Assembly: GCA_963696385.1 (NCBI GenBank)
Contig: CAVOKF010000004.1
Span: 704,001 to 768,000, forward strand
DNA length: 64,000 nucleotides
Source: an uncultured delta proteobacterium
GTDB lineage: Bacteria; Myxococcota_A; Polyangia; Polyangiales; Polyangiaceae
Direction: 5' to 3'
In this document: one piece after another, positions 1 to 13,038 of the stretch
Numbering within the stretch: position 1 is the stretch's first letter
How the letters are laid out: the number at the start of each line of letters is the position of its first letter
Notes under the pieces: model-generated
What the model saw: only the letters and a program-made list of their open reading frames with translations
Database searches by the model: none
What the model was told of the DNA's origin: nothing
Made by a program: the position numbers and the translations under genes

Positions 1-848
1 ACGACGATGGCCGCTGCGCCGACTACGATCGCCGAGAAGCCAAGGATCGTTCGGCCTCCGACGACTCCGCCGGTCGGAGTTTCGCGCTGCCGCGTGGCGA
101 CGCCTGCCGGTGACGTCGCAGTGAGGTCGAATTCCACTTGGCGCTCGCCGCCCTCGTCGACCGTCGTGACCTCGGGCGCCGGAGTCTCGAACCCCGGCAC
201 CCGCACGACGACGGTGTGCTGGCCCGCTGCAACCGTCATGCGCGCGGTCCCCCGGCGCAGCTCTCGGCCCACACCGTCGACCTCCACCGTTCCATCGCCA
301 TTTCCGGCGCGGACCACCAGCACGCCAGTCTGCTGGGGTGCGGCGAGTTTAGCCAAGAGGTGGGCGGCGATATCCGTGAGCACGACGCCGTTCGGGTCAG
401 TCAAGCTATCGGCATAAGAGCGGCTCGCGTCCGTTGGGGGTTGACCCCGCGTCCAGAGATGAATGTCTGCCGCGACCAGTCCTGCCTTTTGCTTCGTCAT
501 CGTCCCCCACACGAACCGATCGGCGCGCAGTTGGTCCCCCATCCGTTGCAGGCAGAGGGCGTCCGCTCGGGGAGGGCAACGTAGAGCGATCGACAAGGTC
601 TCGAACGATTGAGTCGTTTCCACGAGCGACCAATGTGGACTCGCGCGAACAAGCGCGCGAAGGGCGTGGGTCAGCGCGTCGGCTTGATCGTCGGCGTCGT
701 CGGTTCGGATCGAAAGCACGTAGACGGGCAAAGCGTTCGGACCGTCGTCGGCAGCTCGCGCCGGGGATGACCGAAAGGCCCCCGCGGCGATCACCAAAAA
801 GGCGAACGCGAGCGCCCGGAGCACTATGGTTTGCGCCGCACCGATCAT
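1..848 (-). CDS. PEGA-domain secreted/membrane protein (3'-truncated by window edge)
   Basis: Manual minus-strand translation from ATG 848: MIGAAQTIVLRALAFAFLVIAAG (signal peptide)...VLSIRTDDADDQADALTHAL...CPPRADALCLQR...GVLVVRAGNGDGTVEVDG...VAAGQHTVVVRVPGF (PEGA-like); no stop seen before position 1, so absent from ORF track. Confidence 0.75.
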   Translation of the reverse strand, partial: MIGAAQTIVLRALAFAFLVIAAGAFRSSPARAADDGPNALPVYVLSIRTDDADDQADALTHALRALVRASPHWSLVETTQSFETLSIALRCPPRADALCLQRMGDQLRADRFVWGTMTKQKAGLVAADIHLWTRGQPPTDASRSYADSLTDPNGVVLTDIAAHLLAKLAAPQQTGVLVVRAGNGDGTVEVDGVGRELRRGTARMTVAAGQHTVVVRVPGFETPAPEVTTVDEGGERQVEFDLTATSPAGVATRQRETPTGGVVGGRTILGFSAIVVGAAAIV

Positions 849-939
849 CCGGGTGCGCTCACTCCGAAGCCTCGCTGCCAAGACAGATCCACTCGTACCC
901 GAGCCCCGTTCGATCCCGGACCCACTCGCGAAGCGTACC

Positions 940-1548
940 ATGCGTATCACCGGCGGGATCTATCGGTCGCGGACACTGCATGCGCCGCGCGGGCGCGCGA
1001 CCCGGCCGACGTCGGATCGTGTCCGGGAGGCGCTCTTCGGGATTCTTGCGTCGGCGCGGGTCCTCGCGGGGGCTCGCGTGCTCGATCTGTACGCAGGAAC
1101 GGGTGCGCTCGCGATCGAAGCTCTCTCTCGGGGCGCCGAGCGAGCCTTGCTCGTCGAGCGTTCGCCCGAGGCCATCCAGGTGCTCCGAGCGAATGTCGAG
1201 TCTCTCGGATGCGGTCGAGTCGCTCGCTGGATCCAGGGCGACGTCGCGCGCGTCGTGCGCCGGGTTGCGGTCGAAGGGCCGTTCGACCTGGTGTTCGCCG
1301 ATCCGCCCTGGGCCATGGTCGACACCGGTGTAGCCCCTGAAGCGCTCTCCGACCTCGCCTTCGCCGGCGCGGTGGCGGATAGAGCTTGGGTGGTGCTCGA
1401 GCACGCAGGGCGCACCACGCCCCCCGATGTAGCTGGCCTCTTTCGCGGCGAAACGCGCCGATACGGCGACACGTCCCTTACATTCTACAAACCCGCTATA
1501 CTCGGCGCGCCTCGCACGGACGTACACGCGGGGCCTCCTTCCGATTGA
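940..1548 (+). CDS. rsmD: 16S rRNA (guanine(966)-N2)-methyltransferase RsmD
   Basis: MRITGG..R.R.L..P...TRPTSDRVREALF, VLDLYAGTGALAIEALSRGA, FDLVFADPPW, RRYGDT motifs. Confidence 0.93.
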   Translation: MRITGGIYRSRTLHAPRGRATRPTSDRVREALFGILASARVLAGARVLDLYAGTGALAIEALSRGAERALLVERSPEAIQVLRANVESLGCGRVARWIQGDVARVVRRVAVEGPFDLVFADPPWAMVDTGVAPEALSDLAFAGAVADRAWVVLEHAGRTTPPDVAGLFRGETRRYGDTSLTFYKPAILGAPRTDVHAGPPSD

Positions 1549-1561
1549 GTCCTCCCAAGAG

Positions 1562-2164
1562 ATGAGTCCTCCCTCGAGCCGTCCGCCCGCTGGCGTTCCT
1601 GTTTCGGGCGGCAACGCGAAGTACGCGATCGTTGCCGTCGTGCTGGTCCTCGGCATCGTCGCGGTCATCGGGCAGCGCAATTGCTCGAGCCACGCGAGCG
1701 GGCCCGCTCCGCTGGCAAGCGCGTGGGTCGCTCCGTCGAGCGCCCCTCCGTCCAATCCGAAGCTCGACGACATCCCGCCCCCACCTCCGCCGGAAGAGAG
1801 GCCCGAGGCGGGGTCGATTGCGCCGAAAGTCGTCTACGCGTCGGCGGCCGGCTGTGACGGCAAGTGCTCGGGCACTCCTCCTCCGGAACTCGGACAGGCC
1901 CTTCAGGCACGGGCCATCCAGGCTCGCCGCTGTTACAACCAAGCGCTCGCCCAAGACTCGTCGCTCAGGGGCCACGTCACGATCGCGGTGCGTGTCGGAC
2001 CGGGCGGCAACGCTTGCTCCGCATCGGTTTCCACGAACGATATGGGGGCGCCCGGGGTTGCCAACTGCGCCGCGAACATCTTTCGGGCGAGCTCGTATCC
2101 GTTGCCTCGGGGGGGATGTGTCGACGCGGTGGTACCGCTTTCGTTCGTTCCCCAAGGCCAGTAG
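1562..2164 (+). CDS. AgmX/PglI (TonB-C-like) C-terminal domain membrane protein
   Basis: N-terminal TM helix, Pro-rich linker, C-terminal ARRCYNQAL...LRGHVTIAVRVGPGG...VANC...VVPLSF. Confidence 0.75.
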   Translation: MSPPSSRPPAGVPVSGGNAKYAIVAVVLVLGIVAVIGQRNCSSHASGPAPLASAWVAPSSAPPSNPKLDDIPPPPPPEERPEAGSIAPKVVYASAAGCDGKCSGTPPPELGQALQARAIQARRCYNQALAQDSSLRGHVTIAVRVGPGGNACSASVSTNDMGAPGVANCAANIFRASSYPLPRGGCVDAVVPLSFVPQGQ

Positions 2165-2221
2165 AGGACGCGTGCGGCTCGGGCTCGCGCCTGCCGTTTT
2201 CTCCGACGCGGCGAGACGGAG

Positions 2222-3082
2222 GTGACTTTTGATCCCGGCCCGTCGACGCCTTCCCCGGCGAACGACGCGAGGCGTGCCGTATTGCTCGAGGTCGCCTACG
2301 ACGGCACCGATTTTCACGGCTGGGCCGCACAGAAGGGGGCGCGTACGGTCGAAGACGCGCTAGGGGGAGCCGTTCGCGCGATGGACCCGCGAGCCGGGCC
2401 GCTGCGCGGCGCCAGCCGCACGGACGCGGGCGTGCACGCGCAGGGCCAGCTCGCTGCGTTCGACACGTCGAGCGTCATTCCGGCGCGCGGCTGGGTGCTG
2501 GGGCTCAACCAGCACCTGCCGAGCGATGTTGCCGTACGCGCGGCGCGGGCGGTTCCGTGCGGGTATTCCCCGCGGTTTGCCGCGCGATCGAAGCGCTATC
2601 GTTACCGCGTTCTCGTGGACCCCGTACGCGATCCGCAGTGGCGCACCCTGGCTTGGCGGGTGTCGAGCATCGACTTGGTCGCGATGGTCCACGAGGCGGC
2701 ATCCGCGGTGGGCACTCACGATTTTGCGAGTTTTCGGGCGGCGGCCGACGAACGGCGCAGCACCGTGCGGACGCTTACCCGAGTGCACGTGGAGCGCGAG
2801 ACGGATGCGCGAATCGTCGCGGTCGTCGTCGAAGGCGACGCGTTTCTTTACAACATGGTGAGGATCCTGGTTGGCACGCTCGTGGACGTCGCGCGAGGGC
2901 GGCTCGCTGCAGGAACGATTGCGCGGTCGCTCGCGCAGCGCACACGCAGCTCTGCGGGCACGACCGCGCCGGCGCACGGGCTGGTCCTCGAGCGGGTTGA
3001 CCTGCGGCTGCCCGACGACGCTGGGGAGCGTTGGCCCCCGCCGGACAACGAGTTTGACCCCTCGGCGGCATCGGGGCCATGA
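2222..3082 (+). CDS. truA: tRNA pseudouridine(38-40) synthase TruA
   Basis: VAYDGTDFHGW, GASRTDAGVHA (catalytic Asp), GTHDFASF, FLYNMVRILVGTL, TAPAHGL. Confidence 0.95.
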   Translation: MTFDPGPSTPSPANDARRAVLLEVAYDGTDFHGWAAQKGARTVEDALGGAVRAMDPRAGPLRGASRTDAGVHAQGQLAAFDTSSVIPARGWVLGLNQHLPSDVAVRAARAVPCGYSPRFAARSKRYRYRVLVDPVRDPQWRTLAWRVSSIDLVAMVHEAASAVGTHDFASFRAAADERRSTVRTLTRVHVERETDARIVAVVVEGDAFLYNMVRILVGTLVDVARGRLAAGTIARSLAQRTRSSAGTTAPAHGLVLERVDLRLPDDAGERWPPPDNEFDPSAASGP

Positions 3083-4107
3083 GAGGGGGCACGCGGGTAC
3101 TGGTGCGCGCCGCGCGACCCGGGGAAGGGGCCGCCGTAGCCGGGCTATGGCGCGAATTGTGGGACGCTCACGAGCAGTGGGGTGGATACCCGGGCTCGCA
3201 TGACGCGCGCGTCTACGCGCAGGTCGCGGCGAGGCTGGATCAAGATGCACGCCTGCGCGCGGGACACGCTCTCCTCGGTCGCCACGCGCACTTCGTTGCC
3301 GATCTCGGTGGCGCACCCTGTGGTCAGGTCGAGGGTTGGCTCGATCATCTTGGCGAATCGAGTACGTCTCCGTTGACGTGCGAGGTCCGTTCGCTCGTGG
3401 TCGCCCGCAGCGCGCGCGGAAAGGGTGCGGGTCGTGCGCTGCTCGAGGCGTTGGCGGTTGCTGCGCGGGACGCGGCGGGCCGAGTTCCTTGCATCCTCGC
3501 CGCCGAGGTTCTCGAGCCGAACCCCGCGCACGCTTTCTATGCGCGCGTCGGATACGCGCCCGTGTCCTGGAGCGCCAGAATCGACGCGCCCGAAGGCGCC
3601 GTCGCGCCGAGCTCGCCCATCAAGACTCGCCTCGCGACGCCTCAGGATGCGGGTGCGATAGCCGAGCTCGAGGAGGCGCTCGCGCAGCGCCGGTTGGCCG
3701 TCGGTGACGCTCGCTTCGAACGACCGACCATCGACGCCGCGCTCGTGGCTACTCTCGCAGCGCATCTGGGGGTCGACCCGGTCGCGTTTCCGGGCGATCC
3801 TGCGACCATCGTGGCCGTCGATGCGACAGGCGCCGTGATCGCGGCGGCCAGCGTCGCGGTGCAATCGCTTGAGCCGCCGTTTCTTCCATTGCGGCGGGGG
3901 CTTGTGGGTCGCTTTGCCGTTCAGCCGGGCCGGCCTGCCCGCCCGCTCGTTCGAGTGCTGGTCGCGCTCGGTTGCCGCATGGCGGCATCGCATGGCGCAC
4001 ACTACGTCGAGCTCACGGATCTCTCCGCCCCGGGCACGGAATTGCACGATGCCGCCCTAGCCACAGGTGCAGAGCCTTGGTCGCGCGTCGTGACGAAGCG
4101 CTGCTGA
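3079..4107 (+). CDS. GNAT family N-acetyltransferase (tandem GNAT-like halves)
   Basis: LVVARSARGKGAGRALL acetyl-CoA motif, N.AHAFYARVGY; ATGA overlap with truA. Confidence 0.8.
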   Translation: MRGGTRVLVRAARPGEGAAVAGLWRELWDAHEQWGGYPGSHDARVYAQVAARLDQDARLRAGHALLGRHAHFVADLGGAPCGQVEGWLDHLGESSTSPLTCEVRSLVVARSARGKGAGRALLEALAVAARDAAGRVPCILAAEVLEPNPAHAFYARVGYAPVSWSARIDAPEGAVAPSSPIKTRLATPQDAGAIAELEEALAQRRLAVGDARFERPTIDAALVATLAAHLGVDPVAFPGDPATIVAVDATGAVIAAASVAVQSLEPPFLPLRRGLVGRFAVQPGRPARPLVRVLVALGCRMAASHGAHYVELTDLSAPGTELHDAALATGAEPWSRVVTKRC

Positions 4108-4158
4108 GCCGGGGGTGCTTGCTCCGCGGTCTCGTCGGACTACCTTCTCACCGTGCCC

Positions 4159-5589
4159 ATGCGCTTCAAGTTTCGTCTCGTTGCCGTCCCGTTAGCGGTC
4201 GCTTGCGGAATGTCTTTGGCCGCTGTCGGATTGGCGCAAACGTCGGCTCCTCGCCCGGCGGGGGCCGCGACCGCGGCTCCGTCCGTCCCGACGCCTGCCC
4301 AAGTCCAGGCGTCGACCGCCGAGGCTCGGCGGCTTTCCGACGGATTCGTCGCCGTGGCGGAGCGCGCGAGCCCGAGCGTGGTCCAAATCGATATCACGGT
4401 GCGGGACGACAAGGCGGATTTGCTTGCCCGCTTTTTCGGACGCGGAACGGGCGATGAACCGATCGCCCGCGGCACCGGGTCGGGTGTGGTGTTCACCTCC
4501 GACGGGGCGATTCTGACGAACAACCACGTGGTCGAGGCCGCCCTCACGATCAATGTGCGGCTGCGGGATGGCCGGTATCTGCCCGGCCGTCTCGTCGGAA
4601 GCGATTCGGCGACCAATCTGGCGGTCGTCAGAGTCGATGCGACGGGGCTCACGCCGGCCAAGTTCGCCGACTCGGACCTGGCGCGTGTCGGAGAGTGGGT
4701 CGTCGCCATCGGGTCGCCTTTCGGGCTCGGTTACACCGTCACGGCCGGCGTCTTGTCTGCCAAGGGCAGAGGCGGACTCGGAATGAACGCGATCGAGGAC
4801 TACTTGCAGACGGACGCGAGCATCAATCCGGGCAACTCGGGGGGCCCGCTCTGCAACTTGCAAGGCGAGGTGCTCGGGATCAACACGATGATCAATGGGC
4901 GCGGCCAAGGGATCGGCTTTGCCGTACCGAGCACGATGGCACAGCGAGTGGCCGACCAAATTCTGAAGACGGGCCGCGTTTCGCGCGGATGGATCGGCGT
5001 TTCCGTTCAGGATGTGACCCCCGAGCTCGCGGCAGCCATGCACCTGACGCCCGGTGCGGGAGCGCTCGTGAACAATGTCGCTCTGGACGGACCGGCGTTT
5101 CGAGCGAACGTGCGTCCCGGCGATCTCATCGCGTCCGTCGGGGGCCGTTCCATTCACGACGGCCACGATTTGATTCGCGAGACGATCTCTCGCGAAGTGG
5201 GGCAGCCGGTTCAGCTCGAAATTATCCGTGCCGGCCAACACTACAGCGCGAACGTAACGCTCGCCGAGCGTCCCGAGGCCGCCGCGGCCGCGCCGCCCGT
5301 GCAGCTGCCGGCCACGGCGCACCAGGGCATGGGACTCGTGGTGAGGGACCTGTCCCCGGAGCAGGCGGCTGAGATGAACCTCCCGGCCCGGCCGGTTCCG
5401 GTTCTGACGCAAGTGACCCCGGGCTCGGCCGCGGACCGCGCGGGACTTCGCCCGGGCGACGTCATCATCGAGGCCAATGGAAGCCGGGATCCGACATCCG
5501 CACAACTGGCGGAACTCGCCCGCTCCGGAGCGCTCGTTCTTCGCGTCAAGCGCGGCGATGCCTTTTTCTACGCCGCACTCAAACGCTGA
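4159..5589 (+). CDS. degP: DegP/HtrA trypsin-like serine protease with two PDZ domains
   Basis: GTGSGVV, TNNHVV, IGSPFGL, LQTDASINPGNSGGPL; two PDZ-like segments; signal peptide. Confidence 0.9.
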   Translation: MRFKFRLVAVPLAVACGMSLAAVGLAQTSAPRPAGAATAAPSVPTPAQVQASTAEARRLSDGFVAVAERASPSVVQIDITVRDDKADLLARFFGRGTGDEPIARGTGSGVVFTSDGAILTNNHVVEAALTINVRLRDGRYLPGRLVGSDSATNLAVVRVDATGLTPAKFADSDLARVGEWVVAIGSPFGLGYTVTAGVLSAKGRGGLGMNAIEDYLQTDASINPGNSGGPLCNLQGEVLGINTMINGRGQGIGFAVPSTMAQRVADQILKTGRVSRGWIGVSVQDVTPELAAAMHLTPGAGALVNNVALDGPAFRANVRPGDLIASVGGRSIHDGHDLIRETISREVGQPVQLEIIRAGQHYSANVTLAERPEAAAAAPPVQLPATAHQGMGLVVRDLSPEQAAEMNLPARPVPVLTQVTPGSAADRAGLRPGDVIIEANGSRDPTSAQLAELARSGALVLRVKRGDAFFYAALKR

Positions 5590-5641
5590 CGACCGCTGAT
5601 CGTCCTTGGACGGTGCCGCGAGATCGACTACGGGTCTCGCG

Positions 5642-6784
5642 ATGGTCGAGATCCGGCAGATCCCGATGGGGGGCCCCATCCACGATTTCCTCGAGGTCGT
5701 CGATTACATCTACCGTGGGGATCCCGTTCACGTTCGCCCGCTCGACTTCGAACTCCGCGATCGACTGAGCCCGCGGAAAAATCCGTTCTTCGAGCATGGC
5801 GAAGGAACGATCTTCACGGCCTATCGCAACGGCTGGTGCGTCGGCCGAATCACGGCGCAACTCGACCGCGGGCACCTCGCCCGGTACGGCGATTCGACCG
5901 GCTTCTTCGGGTTCTTCGATACGATCGACGACGAGGAAGTGGCCAGGGACCTTCTGTCGCGTGCGGAGAGCTGGTTGCTGGCCAAGGGGATGACGCGCGC
6001 GCGCGGCCCCCTTTCGCTCAACATGACCGAGGAGGTGGGCTGCCTGGTCGAAGGGTTCGACCAGCCCTCGTTCATCCTGTCGCCGCATCATCGCCCGTAC
6101 CAGGGCTCGCTCATCGAGCGTGCAGGCTACGCAAAAGCCAAGGATTTCTACGCGTGGACCTATGCGGTGACGGAGCCGAACGCGCGCGTGAAGCGAGCCT
6201 GCGAAGAGGTCGCGTCGCTCGCGGAGGTTTCACACCGAACGCTGTCGATGGATAACCTGCACAAGGACGTCGAACTCTTCGTCGACATCTACAACGACGC
6301 CTGGGGCGACAACTGGGGCTATGTCCCCGCCACCCGGCGCGAGATTCAGAAGATGGCTTCCGATTTCCGGTTGATCCTCAAACCCGAGATCACGTGCATC
6401 GTCTCGATCGACGGCGAGCCGGCCGGCGTCGCCTTGGCCTTGCCCAATTTGAGCGAGGTCACGCAGGATCTCGGCGGCAAGCTGTTTCCCTTCGGGCTTC
6501 CGAAGATTCTTTGGCGCTTGAAGGTTCAAGGGACGCGAACGGCGCGGCTCATCGCCCTGGGCATCCGAAGGAAGTGGCGTGGCGTCCGCAGGTACGCGGG
6601 CCTCTCCGCCTTCATGTACGCCGCCATGAACGATGGCGGTCGCAAGCTCGGCATGCGCGGGGGCGAGCTTGGCTGGACGCTCGAGGACAACGGGCGGATG
6701 AACGCCGGCATCCGATTGATGGGTGGCACGGTCTACAAGCGGTATCGCGTGTACGAGAAACCATTGATCCGGGGGACGGCATGA
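5642..6784 (+). CDS. GNAT-fold N-acyltransferase, YghO/bacterial ceramide synthase (bCerS)-like
   Basis: KNPFFEH, VGRITAQ, GFFGFFDTIDD, GCLVEGFD, YNDAWGDNWGYVP, GKLFPFG, ELGWTLEDN, YKRYRVYEK. Confidence 0.75.
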   Translation: MVEIRQIPMGGPIHDFLEVVDYIYRGDPVHVRPLDFELRDRLSPRKNPFFEHGEGTIFTAYRNGWCVGRITAQLDRGHLARYGDSTGFFGFFDTIDDEEVARDLLSRAESWLLAKGMTRARGPLSLNMTEEVGCLVEGFDQPSFILSPHHRPYQGSLIERAGYAKAKDFYAWTYAVTEPNARVKRACEEVASLAEVSHRTLSMDNLHKDVELFVDIYNDAWGDNWGYVPATRREIQKMASDFRLILKPEITCIVSIDGEPAGVALALPNLSEVTQDLGGKLFPFGLPKILWRLKVQGTRTARLIALGIRRKWRGVRRYAGLSAFMYAAMNDGGRKLGMRGGELGWTLEDNGRMNAGIRLMGGTVYKRYRVYEKPLIRGTA

Positions 6785-7770
6785 GAGTTCTCGTAACGGG
6801 AGCAAGCGGCTTTCTGGGCGGCCATGTCGTCGAACGGCTGAGCGCTCGCGGAGACCAGGTTCGTGCGTTGGTCCGGTTGACGTCGAACCGCAAGCACTTG
6901 GAGCGGCTGAACAACGTCGAGCTGTTCGAAGGAGCGATCGAGCAGATCGATCGCATGCGCGAAGCGGTGGACGGAATGGACGCCATCGTTCACGCGGCCG
7001 GAATCATCAAGGCGCGCGGCACCGACGAGTTCTTTGCCATCAACGTCGGAGGTACCTCCAATCTCGTTCAGGCGGCGCGAGTCTCGTCAGCGGTCCGTCC
7101 GCTCAAGCGTTTCGTCCATGTATCCAGTCTGGAAGCATGCGGTCCATCGGCCGACGGCGAGCCGGTTCCCGTCGATCAGGAAAGTCCCGTGACCGCGTAC
7201 GGTCGCAGCAAACTCGCGGCCGAGAAGGTCGTGCTCGCCGTCAGGGACGAGGTGCCGGTCACCATCCTGCGGCCCGGCGCCATCTACGGTCCCCGCGATG
7301 GCGAGATTTTCGAGGCGTTTCGGTCGATCCAACGAGGGGTACTCCCTCTCGTGGCGGGCGGCGAGGCGAAGGGCATGTGGATTTACGCGACCGACTGTGC
7401 CGAGGCGTGCGTCCGCGCGATCGAGGCGGACGTCCCGAGCGGTCGCATTTACTTCGTCGACGACGGTTGCGGTCCGCTTCCGGCGAAGACCATGCTCGCC
7501 GACGCGGAGGATGCGCTGGGCCGCCGGGCGACGATCCGCGCGAACCTGCCCGTACCCGTGCTGATGACGATCGCCCGCGGCGTCGAAATCTTCGGCCGCA
7601 TCGCAAACCGTCCCGTCATGCTCACGCGCGAAAAAGCCGGCATGTTGTTGCAGAACTGGGTCTGCTCGTCCGAGCAAACGCGCCGCGATCTGACCTGGGA
7701 GCCGAAAGTCCCGTGGAACGATGGAGTGCAGCGGGCGGTGAAGTGGTACCGCGATAACGGCTGGCTTTAG
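6781..7770 (+). CDS. NAD-dependent epimerase/dehydratase (extended SDR), ceramide reductase CerR-like
   Basis: VLVTGASGFLG, HAAGIIKA..FFAIN, YGRSK (YxxxK), LRPGAIYGPRD; ATGA overlap with upstream acyltransferase. Confidence 0.85.
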   Translation: MRVLVTGASGFLGGHVVERLSARGDQVRALVRLTSNRKHLERLNNVELFEGAIEQIDRMREAVDGMDAIVHAAGIIKARGTDEFFAINVGGTSNLVQAARVSSAVRPLKRFVHVSSLEACGPSADGEPVPVDQESPVTAYGRSKLAAEKVVLAVRDEVPVTILRPGAIYGPRDGEIFEAFRSIQRGVLPLVAGGEAKGMWIYATDCAEACVRAIEADVPSGRIYFVDDGCGPLPAKTMLADAEDALGRRATIRANLPVPVLMTIARGVEIFGRIANRPVMLTREKAGMLLQNWVCSSEQTRRDLTWEPKVPWNDGVQRAVKWYRDNGWL

Positions 7771-7884
7771 CTGCCGTGGGCGGGTGCCTGGGCCCCAGAC
7801 CTAGCGCGGCGGGCCAGACAGCACTACTTTCCCCCGCATCCGCACCGCGACGGGCGCGTGCGCTAAGGACCGCCAACCATACCC

Positions 7885-10968
<3,084 letters not shown>

Positions 10969-11006
10969 GTGCTGGTGACGGCCACCCTTTGATAGGATTG
11001 CCAACC

Positions 11007-11528
11007 ATGAACGGTCGGGCATGGTCGAGCGGGTTGGCGATGGTCGTCGTCTCGGCACTTTTGGGCGCAGCCGTCGCGGCGTGCGGCGGACACGAAGCGG
11101 CATTCCCCAACGTGAAAGTAGGCCAGATGCCTGCCGACCAAACGTGGCCGGGCGTCTATTACAACCCCGTCTACGGGTATCTTCATCTGGTTGGTCAGGA
11201 AGGCAACATCGTGGGCCGATGGAAGCGCACCGACTCGAGCCATTGGGGTGAGCTCAACGGCACGATCGAGGGCAACATCCTGCGCTTCAAGTGGACCGAG
11301 CACACCTACGGCGCCGTGGGCCCGTCGGCCGATCTCCACGGCACCGGTGTTTTCGCGTACAAAATGGGTACAAACGACATCCCGGAGCTCGACGGTCAAT
11401 ACGCGCTGGAGGATTCGGACAAGACCGGCGATTGGCATTGCATCAAGCAAATCGGGCTGAAGCCCGACCTGAGCTCGATCAACGGCGACAGCCCAACGGG
11501 CGCTCCGACGCAAGATCAGTGGAAGTAG
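11007..11528 (+). CDS. Hypothetical lipoprotein (beta-rich)
   Basis: Lipobox VAAC after hydrophobic stretch; aromatic beta-strand pattern; co-directional with secA. Confidence 0.75.
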   Translation: MNGRAWSSGLAMVVVSALLGAAVAACGGHEAAFPNVKVGQMPADQTWPGVYYNPVYGYLHLVGQEGNIVGRWKRTDSSHWGELNGTIEGNILRFKWTEHTYGAVGPSADLHGTGVFAYKMGTNDIPELDGQYALEDSDKTGDWHCIKQIGLKPDLSSINGDSPTGAPTQDQWK

Positions 11529-11538
11529 CGCGTTTGCC

Positions 11539-13038
11539 GTGCCCGTGGCGCAGGCGCACGAAAACGATCCCGTGATCGCTGGCCCCCTGGGGGGCCTTTG
11601 GCTCTCGGCGGTTCGTATCCAGACGCCGATCTCGATTGTTCGCGCACTCCGGTGGTGGCGCGAAATGTCGCGTCTCGGGGTAAACGTCCCGCTCTTCGTA
11701 GCGCACGATTTTGGGCTTCTCTATGCGGTCTCAGCCGAACAAATCCAACTGCGAGACGATGCCATCGGGCAAGCCTTCGCCGGTACTTCAAGCGCTGCCG
11801 CGCTCGTCACGCGGTATCGCGCCCTGGTCGCCGAGTTGGCGGCGGACGCCGGGGCTCGGATCGCCAAGATCGGGTTGACCGATGACCTGATCGCCGTCGT
11901 GCTCGTCCGTCTGCTGGCCGGAACCTCTCGCATCGCGGAAGTCTCGCCGCCCTGGCCGCAGACTTTGCCGCTCGACGTGGAACTCGTGCGCGAGCTCGAA
12001 TCGCAACTGCCTCGGCTCTTCTCGGCGGTGCCGCGACGCTACGAATTTTCGTTTTTGCAGGCCTTGACGAGCGATCGGCTCCGATTGCTCGCGACGACCG
12101 ACGCGCTGGACGTCAACACGCTGCGACTGCTCGCCATGTTCCCCGACGAACCGACCCTTCACGGATCGTTCGCCGAGGTCGATCTGCTCGCCGCGTTGTC
12201 GAACGCCATGGCCAGCGACGTCGTCGAGTTCTCGCTCGAGCTCTTGCCCCGTGTCCTCGAAACCAGGCGCTCCGATGGGCTCCGTTCGCACTCGGCCGAC
12301 GGCTACGCCGGTGTTGGGAGGTACGGGAGCCTCGATTCGATGGTGTTGACCGAACTTGCGTGGAGCGACGAAGAGCTTGCCCGCCGCGCGCTCGAGGGCG
12401 AGATCCTCTTCTTTGCCCGTGAGCAGGCCACCGGTCCGGCGGCTCGTCTGCACCACGTTCTGGTCGATGCGTCGGCATCGATGCGGGGCGATCGCGAGGT
12501 GTTCGCGAGGGGTCTGGCGATCGCCCTCGCCAAGAAGCTGCAGCGCGGAGGTGAAGAAGTGCGGATGCGGTTTTTCGACTCGCGTCTGTACGACATCCGG
12601 CGCGGACCATCGCGCACGGCTCTTCCGCTCGCGTGGGTGCTCGGCTTCAAAGGAGAGCGCGGGCGCAACCCGGCCCGCGTATTGGCTCACCTTGCGACGG
12701 AGCTCGAATTGCTGCGGACGCGGGATCCTCGGGAATCCGTCGTCCACCTGATTACCCACGCCGCCCTTCATGTACCCAGGGCGATCGCCGCCGAGGTCGG
12801 CCGTCTCGCCCACTTGTTCTGTGTTTTCATCCTCCCGAGTGGCGGCGTTCTCGATCTGGATTGGCTGGATCTGATCGAGAGCTACGCGGTCGTCGGTCAC
12901 GAAACCCTAAAGCGGCAGAGTGAGCGCGTGAACGCCGGAGCTCGCATCATCGGCGACATCACGGACGCCGGCCGCACCGACGGGTTCGGCGTCGGGCGGG
13001 CCCGCGGGGTGGGTCGCGCTCGGGTGCGTCACGTGTAG
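11539..13038 (+). CDS. vWA (MIDAS) domain-containing hypothetical protein
   Basis: HVLVDASASMRG (DxSxS), RMRFFDSRL, VHLITH. Confidence 0.7.
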   Translation: MPVAQAHENDPVIAGPLGGLWLSAVRIQTPISIVRALRWWREMSRLGVNVPLFVAHDFGLLYAVSAEQIQLRDDAIGQAFAGTSSAAALVTRYRALVAELAADAGARIAKIGLTDDLIAVVLVRLLAGTSRIAEVSPPWPQTLPLDVELVRELESQLPRLFSAVPRRYEFSFLQALTSDRLRLLATTDALDVNTLRLLAMFPDEPTLHGSFAEVDLLAALSNAMASDVVEFSLELLPRVLETRRSDGLRSHSADGYAGVGRYGSLDSMVLTELAWSDEELARRALEGEILFFAREQATGPAARLHHVLVDASASMRGDREVFARGLAIALAKKLQRGGEEVRMRFFDSRLYDIRRGPSRTALPLAWVLGFKGERGRNPARVLAHLATELELLRTRDPRESVVHLITHAALHVPRAIAAEVGRLAHLFCVFILPSGGVLDLDWLDLIESYAVVGHETLKRQSERVNAGARIIGDITDAGRTDGFGVGRARGVGRARVRHV

